64,000 nucleotides of DNA, from NCBI RefSeq assembly GCF_000315625.1, contig NW_005434636.1, positions 124,001 through 188,000 on the forward strand. The letters are read 5' to 3'. A program made the position numbers and the translations under genes. Below the pieces are notes generated by a model. That model made no database searches and was not told where the DNA came from. It was given only the letters and a program-made list of their open reading frames with translations. This DNA is from Guillardia theta CCMP2712. Its lineage: Eukaryota; Protista; Cryptophyta. Of the stretch, positions 11,717 to 28,324 are shown piece by piece (the first letter of the stretch is position 1; every line of letters begins with the position of its first letter).

Positions 11717-14140
11717 ATGAGTTTTTGGCTGATTTCGGTGCCAGTGGGATCGATCCACAAGGCAGGTGAAGGGCCATCATGTCGCAAACCTGACGATTGT
11801 TACAGGTGGGATCCACCAAAGCTGAAATCTGGGATGGGCTGTGCAAGGCGTTGCCAGACGTCGACAAGCATAAGATGCAGGTCATAATCCACGCGGTTTG
11901 TTGAATGTATGACCGGCGCTCTCTCTCAGATCCCTGAGCTGCGCGTTGGAACTCTGGATTCTTTGATGTCACTTTCCGATGATCTTGAAAGAATCGACAG
12001 GCAGGAGCAAGATTTCGTTCTCTTGGCATGCTGATGTTTCTGTCACAGATTTGTAGAAGGTGTTGTTCACCGTCTTGAGAAAGAAGTTTCGGAGGGAGGC
12101 GGATCTGGTTCGGGGCCAACTGTCGATGGCAGTGAGTCGGCAAGTTGCAAGACTATCCGTTGGTTGACATGTGCTTCCAGCGGCACCGGAAACTCACCTG
12201 ACGAGATTCTCCTGGGATCAAGTGACGATCATCTTCGAAGAAGTTTCATTCTTACATGGATGGTTGGGAACAGGCGAGATTTCCTATCAAGAGCACACTG
12301 TCAGAGGTGTGTGGGGAGGCGGGAAGTGAAGTGATCACGGCTGATGAAAGAATGCAGCTTGTCAACATGATTCAAGATCTTGTCCATCGTACAGACGAGG
12401 AGCTGAAGGTAAGAATAATCCTTGGTTCCATTGAGATTTGACGATTGCGAAGGTGAAACTGATGGATTACAACTCTATCAAGTCTTCACTCGGAGCGTGC
12501 GAGAGGAAAACTCAGGGAAGGTCTGAGCAGCGATGAGCCCTTGAGCGTTTTGAAGCTCACAATTCTCTCCCTTCAGTCTGAATGCGGCTTCTATCACTCC
12601 ATACGTCAGAAAAGGTCTACCTGATGGAGATGATAACAACGATGATAATGATATGATGATGGAGATGATGATGATGATGATGCTCAAGATATGGATCTGA
12701 ACAATGATCTTCAGATGATTTTGTGTCCTCGGAGAAGCTAAACACAGTCTTCTGTGCTGTTCCCAAGTTTGCCGTAAACGGTGAGTCCTGTTTCATGTCC
12801 AACTACCTGATCTGAAAGGCGTCTGTCAGATTTTCTCAATAACTATCAAACATGGGGTAAATTTCAGACGGAAAAGATGGTACCTTGACCTTTTCAGCTG
12901 CATCATGTCACCAACACTCGAATGTTTTTAGGGAGAAATCAACGGTGTTGTGCCTGGCTCTGCCAAGGAGTTGGCTTCAGATTCAGAGTACAGCCTGTAC
13001 AGAGTAGTTGTGTTTAGAATGGCTGGTGATCTTTTTGTGTGAGATTCCAAACTTTGTGAACATGTGTTGGCAGAGGATGAGTTCAAGACTGAGGCTCGCA
13101 ATGGGAGAGTGACGGTTTGCAAATTCCTCTGATGAGCTCTTGGGGAGGTTCCAATATTTGTACAGGTGAGAGATTTCACCTATCAGGATGGCCAGCAAAG
13201 AGCCGATGAAGAGGGTAAGTGGCCATGAACATCGTTGTGCTTGCTTGTAGTCTGAATTCCTCTCTAGAGCTGTCGAAGCTGAAGAAGGAGGAATCCCAGG
13301 TATGTTCCACTCTGCTCAACAACCTCTAGCTCGCTGTCTTCATGGACATCGTGACCCCTTCGAGAGCACGAACATCTGATGTCAACGTGCTTAGGCCAAG
13401 GGCAAACTTGAGAGGTGGTCAACCACGTCCTTCTCCGAGTGCTTTCGCGCGTGGATTCACCTCAAGGTGACGTCACTGATGCTTTCTCTCCTCCTCCACT
13501 CTCTGCTCATCGATTCCCCTTCTGCCGCATCTGCTTGCGTCTTGTCTTTTCCTCCCTCACACATCCGGTTTCTCACGGTGTTGTTGATGCCTGTCTCCTC
13601 GCTCCATCTTCGTTTTGGCTTCTCCTCCTCAACCGCCCCCTCCGATGCACTTGACTACCTCCTCCCTGACGATTCTTTAGGCCATTCGCGTGTTTGTGGA
13701 ATCAGTCTTGCGATATGGATTGCCGCCGAATTTTCAGGCGATGTTGATTAAGCCAGGAAGAAACGAAGACAGAGTCCGCAAGACACTCAATAGCACGTAC
13801 GCGGTGCTTGCAGCCCCAGGATTGGAGAAGGTGAGAAGAAGTGATGATACGAGAGGTGGAGAAGAGAAGGGAAGGGTGGAGGAGGAGGGTTGGTACAGGA
13901 TGTCAGTACAATTGTTCAGCAGGATAAGGGCAGTGGATAGGAGGAGGACGGAGGAGAGGAGGAGAATTGGGGAGCGGAGGAGGAGGAGGAGGAGGAGGAG
14001 GAGGAGGAGGAGGAGGAGGAGGAGGAGGACAGTTCAGCTGATTCGTGGAGTAGGCACTTGAGGATGGTCCTGCGCAGTCAAGATTCTATCCTTACGTCGA
14101 CATTGAGGTTTTGTATGTGACGCAGCTGTTTTCCAGCTGA
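11717..14140 (+). CDS. ATP6V1C: V-type H+-ATPase V1 subunit C, many short exons
   Basis: [53 protein letters not shown], terminal YPYV. End coordinate approximate. Confidence 0.93.
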
Positions 14141-14394
14141 CTCGCTCGCAGATCAAGTACACAGCGATGACGGATTGAATATGCACAGATGTAGCCAGGC
14201 TCCTGCTGCATCCATTCCAGCATCCACACAAACGATTCTTTCGGACGATCGAGCTCATGCTGCTTCATGCAACATACTTCAGTTTGATTACAACGGTCTC
14301 AAAAGTTCCATCATTCTCTTCTCCCTCCTCCCGCTCCTTCCCATGCTTCAAGCTCTTTTCCCTCCTGTTCCTCCTCAATCACAAGCACGGCTCC

Positions 14395-16818
14395 TCATGA
14401 AAGCTCGAAGGGGTCTACCCAGCTCTTCCATCCCTCTATCCCCATCGCCATCTCCTCGTCCGACAGCAGGCAGTCGTCGAGCGCTTCCTTGAGCTTGTCC
14501 TGCAACAGCTTGAGCGACCCTTGACCTTGTTCGTCCTCCTCCTCCTCCTCCACCACCACCACCACCACCACCTCCTCCTCCTCCTCCTCCACCACCACCT
14601 CCTCCTCCTCCTCCTCCTCCTCACCCGGTTCAGGTCGGTACCGATGAAGACGATCTCCGTCCGCCTGTCACCATGCGGATTCTCCTTGAGCTTCTTCTGC
14701 ATCGTGTTCCTCGTCTGCTCCTCCATCTCCGGCCAGTCGCTCTCTGCTGCTCGTATCAGTGTAGGCCCCATGTGTTTGACTCTCTTCTCCTCCTCTCCTC
14801 CTCCCTCCTTCACGTCTCCTCCCTCTTCACGTTCGCATTCTCCCTTCCTCTCCTCTCCCGTTTCACCTGCTGTCTCGCACAGCCATGGTCTTTCAGCCTT
14901 GAGCGTAAGGAAAGCGCCAGCCTGAAGCGAACGTCAGAGGAGCACAAGAGGCATGAAATGGAGTGGCCAGATGAGGAAGAGGATGAAGATTGAGGGAGGA
15001 TAGCGCAGGAGCAGGCAAAGGAGGAGCAAGAGCAGATTGAGTGTGGGAAAGTCGAAAAACAGGATGGGAAGAAAAGGGACCATGAGACAGCGAGGAGGAC
15101 CAGGGGGAAACTGATGGGAAGGACAAGGAGGAGGAGGAAGAGGAAAGAAGGAGGAAAGGAGGAAAGGAGGAAAGGAGGAAAGGAGGAAAGGAGGATGATG
15201 AGGAGCTGGTGGCGGAGAAAGATTCGCAGGGAAAGTCACACCTGGCTCCAAGTGATGCAGTAGGCTGAGGAGGTTGCGAGCCACATGACTCCCTTAGATC
15301 GCAGGATCTGACCCAAACACGCCTCCTGCATCTCTGCAACCATCTCCTTCCTCTGCCTCTCCCGCTCCTTCACATCGTCCTCTTCGTCGCTAGCTGCATC
15401 ATCGTTGCTCTCCTGTGCGAGCATCGTCAGGGAGAGAAGTTCAAGGACGAGTCCTGCTTCACCTCTCTGACGTGTTCCGAGGGCACGCTCTTGTCTTCGT
15501 CTCCGTCATCGTAGTTGATGTGATAGCTTACTTCCTTTCCTTTCACCTCCTTCCCTGCTACACAACCCGGATGAAACGCTTCGCTACCCATCCATCGAGC
15601 CTCGACCCTGCTGCCAATAGCGAACGTCCCATCTTCATCTCTCTTGACACCCTCCTCCTCCTCCTCCTCCTCCTCCTCTTCTTCCTCCTCCTCCTCCTCC
15701 TCTGCGTCTTCTTTGTGTCCAATATCGCCATTTCCATTCCTGACCTCCGTTTCTTCCTCCTTGCGATCCGAGTGGCCATGTTCATGTTCATCATGGCTGT
15801 GATCATGGTCATGTTCATCATCTTCAGGGAGCATAGCAGAGGTGAAGAAAAAGCGATCTGTGAAGTTGTGGTAGAGACGCATAGGATGAAACGGTCTCTC
15901 CGATCTGTACACCATGCTCGTTATACCGTACTCGATCGTCTCCGCCATCTGAGTCAACGGTGTAGTGTACAAGAACGATTTGCCCCATCCTGGGTGTTGG
16001 GTTGCCTTCTCTAGAGAGAACAACCCAGTGTTCACAACCTGGTCGAGAGGAACTTTGCCGTGACTTGTCGAGATGATGTTTGCCTTTGGGTTGAGTTTGC
16101 AAATGACTTCTTTGATCCGCTCGACCTCCCTCGCAGACACAAGGTCTACCTTGTTCACAATGACGACATCTGCAAACTCTAACTGGTCAATCATCAGGTC
16201 TACAACTGTCCGATCGTCTTCAGCCGGGGCTTCCTGGTGTCTCTCGTGCACTCGCTCAACAGACTCAAACACAGATGAGAAATTCGCCGCATCGACGACA
16301 GTCACGCACGTGTCCAGCCGGGAAAGGGAAGACAGGGCAGTCACAGCCTTGCTCGCATTCTCACTTAGCTGTGACGTGATCGCCTTGGATAGACCGTCTC
16401 CTCCCTTCGCCTTCTTGCTCGGCGGCTCTCCAACCTTCTTCTCCTCCCCTCCTTCTCCATCCTCCTCCACATTCATCACGAAACTCTCTGCCGTATGCAT
16501 CGGCTCCGCCACACCCGTGCTCTCTATGATCAAGTAGTCAAACCGACCATCTCGTGCTAGTTTGCCGATCTCTTCCACCAGGTCCTGACGGAGGTCGCAA
16601 CAGATGCAGCCGTTGGACAGTTCAATGATCTTCTCCTCCCTCTGTATGAGCGCAGTGTCCTTGATAATGTTGGCATCGATGTTGATTTCCGCCATGTCGT
16701 TCACCAGCACTGCGCACTTCATTCCCTTTCTGTTCCGAAGGATCTCCTCGAGCAATGTCGTCTTGCCTGATCCGAGGAACCCGGACAGGAGAGTGACAGG
16801 AAGACGCTTGTCGGTCAT
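14395..16818 (-). CDS. COG0523/CobW-family G3E P-loop GTPase (YciC/ZagA-like zinc metallochaperone) with inserted Tudor-like domain
   Basis: GFLGSGKTT, CICC (CxCC), ESTG, NKVD, RPFHP.RL, His-rich HDHDHSHDEHEHGH, ILRSKG.WLAT, GDRRTEIVFIG, L..CLL...W...DPF. Confidence 0.94.
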
Positions 16819-17212
16819 GATGGCAAGCAGCAGCTAGTTGGGGCTGTTGATGATGTTGGCTGAATAGGAGCAGCGAGGGAGACAAGGAGCAAGGGAAAGG
16901 GTTGAGACGAGCTAGGGATGGGAGCCAGGACAGGAGAGAAGAGGGGAGGGAGGGAGAGAAGGAAAACGGGAGGAGGGGGCAGTAGGAGGAAGGGGAGGAA
17001 GGGAGCTTTACAGGTTGAGCACGTGCAGTTTCTTCTTGGAAAGTCGAACAAACTTTAACCCACCCCCTGTTGATATAGTGAAATATCAGACAAGACTACG
17101 GGTTTAATGAATGCAAATGTTCTTTTTAATTATTGATCGAAAGAACTCTTCAAGAGTCGTTCTTCTTGGTAACTTTCAATTCTGTCTAGCGTCTCATGGC
17201 GCCTGTCCGCCC

Positions 17213-17312
17213 NNNNNNNNNNNNNNNNNNNNNNNNNNNNNNNNNNNNNNNNNNNNNNNNNNNNNNNNNNNNNNNNNNNNNNNNNNNNNNNNNNNNNNNN
17301 NNNNNNNNNNNN
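17213..17312. other. Assembly gap (100 N)
   Basis: Run of N. Confidence 1.
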
Positions 17313-17709
17313 GCACCGCCCCGCCCCTCCTTCCCCCTCCCTCTCCTCCTCTCCTCCTCTCCTCCATCTCTTTCCCTTCCTCTGTTCCCTTCGATATGCC
17401 CTTCTCCCTTCCTCCATCCACTCGCCTTCCCCTCCTCTGCATAATATTCTCCAGCCTCTCCTCTCCTCACTCCCTTCTCTTACCCACCCCTTTGTTCCTT
17501 CAAACATGTTGTTATTGTTGCACAATTTCATCGCTTGCTTTTCCCTGCTTCTGTTGAATGATTGAATAGATTAAGATATCACGAGCCATCCGAGTAATTT
17601 CCAGTTTCTCGTACAGGTTGCTAGTCATGTGAATCGATGGAGAGATGCGAAATCTTGTCTTGTTCCTCGAACAATCATCATGGCTTCACGACGAGACAAT
17701 TCACCTTGA

Positions 17710-21066
<3,357 letters not shown>

Positions 21067-21149
21067 TTAAGTGATTGACGCAATCTCCTCTCCTCTCCTG
21101 TTTCTTCCTCCCCTCCCCTCCCCTCCCCTCCCCTCTCCTCCGCTCTCCT

Positions 21150-24100
21150 TTCCTCCCCTGCCCTTCCCTCTCATCTTCTTACCACCTGCCTTCACTGAAC
21201 TGATGTCTTCAGGTCCCTTGCCCTTCTCCTCCAAGAAGCGCTGTATCTCTGCACTGAAGAAGATCAAACCATCATGTACATGTACTCATCTGCACTTGTT
21301 TCTTCGAGCCTTGTCCGATTTTGATCATTCGTGGATCGCTTGCAGACAAGACCATCTGGAGAGGAATGAGGATCTTCATCTTGCTCTGCAAGAAGAACAA
21401 ATCCTCCCCTGCTCTGAAACACATCCACAAGCGATCTGTCAGATGTCCTGTCTGCTGTGTGTGAGTCTTCTATCTTTCTCTCTCCCTCCTTCCCTCTTCC
21501 TTCCTACCCCCTTTCTTCTTCTCTCTTCCCTCATCAACTTTCTCTTCTCCCTTTTTATTTTTCACTGCTCTCAACGTGATGAAAATTTTCAGTGAGACGC
21601 AAGTGAGCCAAGGCCCAAAGCAGCTCAGGAAGGGAAACAGAAGCTGGTGCATAGAAGTTCCCCCCCCCCTTACTACTTCTTGTCCTCACTCTCTTTGTCC
21701 CATCAACCTCCCAATCCTCCTTCCGCTCTCGATCCCCCCCAACCACCCTGTTCTCCTCGTCATTCCCCTCTTATCTTGGCTCAGCCTCCTCTCCTCTTCT
21801 CTCTGCTCTGCTCTGCTCTGCTCTGCTCTGCTCTGCTCTGCTCTGCTCTGCTCTGCTCTGCTCTGGGCTTGCTTCCGCCCGTAGCCCTCTCTTGTCTTAC
21901 TTGCCCTCGTAAGGATCCGAGGAGCTCGAGCAAGCAGCAGAAACAAGGACAGGAGCAGAGGTCAGCCAAAGAGAGTCAACGTCTTACAAGATCGCGTGCG
22001 ACTCTTGCGGGAGGAGGAGAGTAAGATGCAGAATATCTTCGAAACCAACCAGGACGAACTCATGGACCTCTATGGGTTTTGAACCAGCTCCCTCCTCCCT
22101 CTCCCTGCTCCCTGCTCCCTGCTCCCTGCTCCCTGCTCCCTGCTCCCTGCTCCCCACACTCTCGTCGTATGCTCCTCTCTCCGCCCTCCCCACTTCCCCT
22201 CTCCAAGTCTTCCCCCGGCCGCCGCCATGGCTGGTTCTTGTGAGGAAGATGTTGGACAAGGAATGTTCATCTCAACATGTCATTAGCGTCAACGTCATCG
22301 GGCTAGCAAGGGATTGTCTCGAGACGTGACGTTTGTCTGCAAGAAGCCGCCTACCCCGAACGGAACTCGCCTCGCAATTGATTGACGAAGATCCAAGTTT
22401 CCTCCTGGGGAGAAGTCAGAGAGAAAAGTGAAAGAGGATCGAAGAAGACAACAACGAGGATCTACCTCGAGACAAAGGGCTCCTGATTGTTGCTGAAGGC
22501 AGGACAATAGAAGAAAGGAGAGAAGGGAAGAATGTAAGGTTGTATCTCCTTCTCAATGTTTAGATGTATATACCTCTCGCAGATGTTTGCACGTATGAAG
22601 TGTGATGTCTTTGTAAATTAGAAACAGATCGATCTCGTGGACTATCATACTTGAGCCGAGGCGTTGTATTCGACCTGAGGGAATCATCATTATCATCATC
22701 ATCACCACGACCACCATCACCACCACCACCATCACCATCATTATCACCACCACCACCATCACCATCATTATCACCACCACCACCATCACCATCATTATCA
22801 CCACCACCACCACCATCATTATCACCACCACCACCTCCTCCTCCTCCTCCTCCTCTTCCTTTCTCTCTATCATCATCGCCATCAGCATCATCAACAGATA
22901 CTTCATCACTTCTTCAACTCAAAGCGAAAGAATTCGGATCATCCAAACCTGAGGTTATCTCGATTCGAGCTTTTGCTCCTGGAACACGTCGAGATGTGAC
23001 GTCTTGCGTCTGACTGGAAACAAGTCAGGACTAGACACTCGTCATTACTTCTCACAGAAGGAAAAATCCTGTGGCAGTGAGGGCAGCCGACGTTTGCAGA
23101 AGATGGAGAAATGAGAGAACGAGTCTGATGTCTTGAAAGTTGAAAGCTCTTTGATGAGAAACAAGTTCAGGAGTTTGGAGCACAGAATGTAGCGGAATGC
23201 AACATGTCAACAACGATTGAATAATACAACATGTCAACGAGGTTGTTGATCTACAAAGACTGACCCTGGCAGCTCTCAAACCATCGCGGAGTTCCTTGCA
23301 TTTTTGTCGCCAAGACGTGTAAGTTCCTTCAATCGAGAGATAAGGAAATGAGAACATGAGAACAACACATTAGACTAACTCTGAGATGTTTTGATGGGTG
23401 ACGCAAATTCTTCCAACGAGCGAAAACTGTCAAAACGATTATCGTTGCTGTCTTCTTCCTCCACAATTTCATCATCATCAAGAACAACAATAATCTCACT
23501 ATCGCCGCCACCACCACTGCTTTCAATATCTCCTCCTCTTTCGTCCTCCTCGTACTTCCCAAACCCGTGCCCCTTTGACGACAATCTCCTCATTTTCATT
23601 TTCATCTCAACCTTTCTCTCGCTTTCGTAGGGGTCGATTTCGTCCTTATTGATTTTGTGTCACAGATACCTTAAAAATCGATCAGAGAGAGAGAGAGAGA
23701 GAGAGAGGGAGGGAGAGAGAGAGAGAGGAGAGGGAGAGAGAGAGAGGAGAGAGGAGAGAGGAGAGAGGAGAGAGGAGAGAGGAGAGAGGAGAGAGGAGAG
23801 AGGAGAGAGGGAGGGAGGGAGAGAGAGAGAGAAGAGAGAGGAGAAAGAGGAGAGGAGAGGGAGGGAGGGAGGGAGGGAGGGAGGGAGAGGAAGAGCGAGA
23901 GGTCACAACATGTATTGACGAGCATCACCTTTCATTCTTTGCTTCGCACTGTTAAATACTCCTCTCTTTCTCTGCCCTCTTTGAGTCTTCTCACAGATCT
24001 TCATGTGCACAGAGATTCTTCCGCACTGTTACTCTCCCCCCGTCATTGTCAGAAATCACCTGTCGATTGCAAAATTCCTTCCGCAAAATCTGCACGCCAT

Positions 24101-24971
24101 TCTCCCATCAGATGTGCTGCCCAGCAAAGCATCGTGATGATGATGGTGCTGAGCAGCAAAGTCGGAGACAACCTGCACAGCTCCTTCAGTCTTTCATCAC
24201 AAGATTCCAAACTTGTCAAGTCACGTCATCGTGTGTTCTCCAGCGTGGCAGTTCATCTTGGGGTTTGAGAACCCTCGAGCTTCTGACCGATACCCCTGAC
24301 AACCAAGTCAACAAAGTGAAATCCACATGGCAAAGGAGGAGGAAGAGCAGGGAGGAGGAGCAGGAATAAGTAGCGCGAGCAAGAGCGAAAGCTACAGCGA
24401 AAGGAGGGAAAGGATGATCACTTGAAAGGTCGCAGCTCCAGCATGATGGGGAATAGGAATAAGAGGGAGAAAGGAGCAGGAACAGAAGCAGGAGGAGACA
24501 GTGAGAGCTGTAGTGGGGGGGTGGGGGGGGTAGGGGGTAAGGCAAAGCACCCTGATCACGGACGGATTGAGCAGTTTTCAGTCTCGCACAACGTGACATG
24601 TGCGAGCGCAACTCTCGCTGCGGAAACTGGCGTAGAAGGAACATGTCACAAACCAAGGGAAAGGTGAACATGAGGAAAAACCTCTCTGTCGCAGCCGGGG
24701 CATGGAATTGGGATCTGCAAGGGACGTCTGTCAAGAGATACCAGCGCAATTCGCGTCGGAAGAACATTGACGATGAGGGTTCATGTTGTTGGGGTCGTCG
24801 GTAGCGCTCATGATTTCAAGCTCACCGCATCTGTCTTCAGCCGGCATTGTTTTACGTGAAAAGGAAGCGACGCCTTTGATCATTGTCAGCAATCTCAGAA
24901 CAAACTCTCGTCCGCACCTTGAAGAACTGCTGTCCGCACATGGTGCACGTGACTGAGCGAGGAGGCGGCAT
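21150..24971 (-). CDS. C2HC zinc-finger protein (zf-C2HC_2, ZC2HC1/FAM164-like), multi-exon; 3' end uncertain
   Basis: Spliced fingers TCTMCGQQFFKASLPFHVKQC, PCPGCDREFPQRELRSHMSRC and ACRFCGRNFAIDRISVHMKIC; helix SWRQKCKELRDGLRAAR resembles the family's WR..H..F...IRAA. Confidence 0.75.
23683..23900. repeat. (GA)n/(GAGAGGA)n purine tract, intronic
   Basis: Read directly. Confidence 0.9.
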
Positions 24972-26038
24972 GCTCACGTTGTCTGCTTCCCTTGAAGACG
25001 AAAAGTCACATCATCCTTATCCCGATGTCAATACAGATTGAGCCTGCCAAGTACGTGCGTTCATGTTCGGAAAAATTCCTTCTCATGAACCCGATACTGA
25101 CATCTTCACACTCTCCCTCTGTGACCTTCCTTCCTTGGCTCTCTTCTCGTATCTCCTCTTGGTCACTCCTCTCTCTCTCTCCTTCTCTCTCTTCCTCCTC
25201 CTCTCATTCCCCCTCACGTCTAGCCTCCTCTCCCGTATTCTTTTGTGCTAGCATTGGTCTCCCATCTTCCCCAGGAGTCTAATAAGTGCTTTGTACTGGT
25301 TGTATTAAAATTGGGGAATCATTACTGGATCAGCAAAGAAACGTTAATATTTATAAATTTTATTGAATTATTAAGTAAACTATTGGATCATTCAATTTAT
25401 AAAAGGATGTAATAGTACAAAATAATTTAAATAGTTTTACATTTAAAACATTCCTGCTTTTAAAACTACCCTAAACTTTCCAGTGCGGCCCAATTCAAGC
25501 AAATTTTTGACAGATATGAAAATATTGTCAGTCTCTATTTCAATTTTTCGTATACAGAATTTCAAAAACAGTTGGAAAATTGAGCACCCTCGAGACAAGC
25601 GGTATTGGCAAGGCTCGAGCGGTGATGGCAGCGGCGGCAACTACGGCCAAGATATGGGAGACAGCGAGGAGGAGGGAAGAAAGTTGTTGCATGAATCGAT
25701 GTTGAAACAATGATATGAGCTAGCACTGTAGGAATCCTACGGCAATGCAACCAAAGCAATGGAGATTTTTCATGTTTCTCAAAGTTAGAAAACAGAAAGA
25801 TTTCTTTTGGTTGAGATTGAGACGTTGGCCTTCGCGGCTACAAGCATAGATCTGAACATATCTTCATTATGGTGAAGGTCTGAGTATGTTTGATATCCAG
25901 TGTAGCAGACATGGAGTTAGTTGGTGGAGGAGCAAATACGTTGTGCGACTTAATCATCCGGAAACTGACCAAGAGTTTCAGTTCTGTGAACATCGAACTT
26001 GCCTCCTCCTTGGTGAATTGCTGTAGAATATCATCAGT

Positions 26039-27971
26039 ATGGAGCACCAGGAGCTACAAAACAAGGTGGGACCTGACTCAAGATTGAGCCGCTCCTATAT
26101 CTTGTGATGCTCCTTTTTGCTAGCTTGCTGCGTATCAGCAGAACTTGGCCGCTCTTGAAGTTCAGATTAAGGTGTTCATGCTGCCTGTTGACGTGTATCA
26201 GCGCATGACACGATCTTGATGTAGAATGATCCTACGAACGAGCAGTTGATCTCTCTCAGGTAACCAGCAACGGCCCATATCCTGCCATGGCGTTTGATCC
26301 GGCTGCAGAAACAATATCCGTGAGTACATCGAACTGACGAAAGATCTACTGGGGATCGGTGAGACTGCTAACGAGACAACTTATTCTTCATCATGGATGA
26401 ATCAGCCCACTGAAGGACTGACATCAAAGTATTCTCTCTCCGTGCTCATTCTGTCTTCTGACTTCCCTCGCCTGACAGAAATGTAGCCGGGAAAGAGGTA
26501 GCAGTCGGTCAGTACGTATCTGTCTTCGCCCCCCAATACCAGACGTATGTAAATGCGATCGTCACGGAAGCAAAGCCTGGCACAGCCACAGTCACAGTAA
26601 CACTTCTCGGATATGGACAAGCATTGGAGGTTGGTTGTGGACCTCGTTTGTGGGCTTGTTGGAGTTGGAGATGAATGTTGAAGTGGATGAATGGTGTTGC
26701 TGATTCGTGGGACACAACATAGAAACCTCTCTGATCTCGTAATGATTATTTCTTCGTTGGAATTGAAACCGTACTTCAGGTTCAAATTCCCTCCATCAGA
26801 CAGGCTGAGTTTTGCAGGCCATCAGATCTTCAGGTTTAGTTGATTGGAAGTTTTGTTTGGGTCGAAATTGAATTCATTGTGAAAAGGTTGGGATGATGGT
26901 TGAAGGAATTTATTCAGCAGATGGATATTGGTATACAGCGAGGATCGATCAGGTTCAACCAGACGGAAAGTAATCAGCGCCTGCAGTTTTCAGGATTCGC
27001 AGATTGACTTTGAGACAGGTACTTTGTTACTTACACGGACTATGGGAATAGTGAAAGCATAGACATCCGTCATATTCGCATAAACCCAGCATTGCTTGGA
27101 CAGGTAACTTTTTACTGTGTGATTTCCTTAAGATATTTCTTAATCCTAAACTCAAAATTAGGTTGATCAAGATGACGATGACGGTACATCCATTTTGTTT
27201 TCTCGTATTCTGTTTTTTTTTCAAATTCAATTCTCAGCTAAGGGCAAAGGGAAGGCAAACGACAAGAAAAGAAAGTCTACTGATGATCCAACTGATGATC
27301 CGGCGTTGGTGAATATCCATCCCGCCCGTAGGGCCCGCTGACTTTTCTGTGTAGGCTGATTTTGTCATCCCGGAAAAATTAAAGATCAGACCCATGGATA
27401 CAGAGGATGTAAGACTAGATGACGTGTAAGTTTATCGAAAGCTAAAGTCTTCAACAGGTCAAAGCACAAAAGCGCAAGAAGATTCATGCTCTGAAATCAG
27501 CGCATCGTATGAAGAAGGTCAAATCAGCTACCCATATCCTGCTCGAGGTTGAATAGTTTGTAGAGCGAAGCAGAAAAGAACCAAAAGGCCCAATCATGGA
27601 CCAACTTTGCTCAGAAAGCGGTACTTGAGAATAATCTTGTCCCTCACTGCATTTATTGATCCGAAATTTCCGCCAGGGATCATCCAAGTCAAAGCTCAAA
27701 GGCTTCATGAGCACAACGAAGAAGGAGAGCATTTTTAAGACTACGGAGGAGGGAAAGGTGAGAAACAACGAGCTCTTAGGCGAGACTCCTGACTCCATTG
27801 CGATGAAACAGGTTGGCGTCACGGGAAGTGGAAAGGGGATCACAAATTGGCAGCAGCTAGACATTCATTCGGTAAGGCCTAAGTATCTTTCCCTCCTCAT
27901 GAGGGATGATCTGACGACTGTACAAGGTCAAGAAGGCGCAAAACCTCGCAACAAGGACCGAGGAAGACTGA
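26039..27971 (+). CDS. SMNDC1: Splicing factor SPF30 (SMN-related), multi-exon, with two Tudor-like domains
   Basis: LAAYQQNLAALE...DPTNEQLISLR..I.EYIELTKDLL; Tudor YSADGYWYTARIDQV..YFVTYTDYGNSE; IPEKLKI..KRKKIHALKS; C-terminal KESIFK...VGVTGSGKG. Confidence 0.9.
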
Positions 27972-28324
27972 ACGTGATGGCTATCTCGGCCGTTGAGTCT
28001 CCTTCTTCTTCGATCTGCCTCCTTCAACCTGCGAAACTTGGTTTGCAAACTCTTGTCTACTATGATTCCATTGTTCTAAGATACTTCAGTCTGACTTAAT
28101 AAAACTCCCTAAGGGACCGGAACGTTGGCACGCTGCCGGCAGCGGGTGGAAGGCCTTGCCTGACATGTTGAATTTATTCAATTTGATTGTACAAAGAATA
28201 CTCAAGAGAAAGAATAACACAGCTGGAGGCTCAGCTGGGCGGAGAGAATCGAATCTGAGGACGAGTGAAGGTTGGCAGGATGAAGGCTGAAGCCTGTGAC
28301 TCTCGTGTTGTCTGCAGGGATCGG

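Noticed and set aside
6500-14140. Rhodopsin + CPR + V-ATPase C as a functional proton/redox cluster
   Set aside because: Mixed orientations of common eukaryotic genes; adjacency alone is not evidence.
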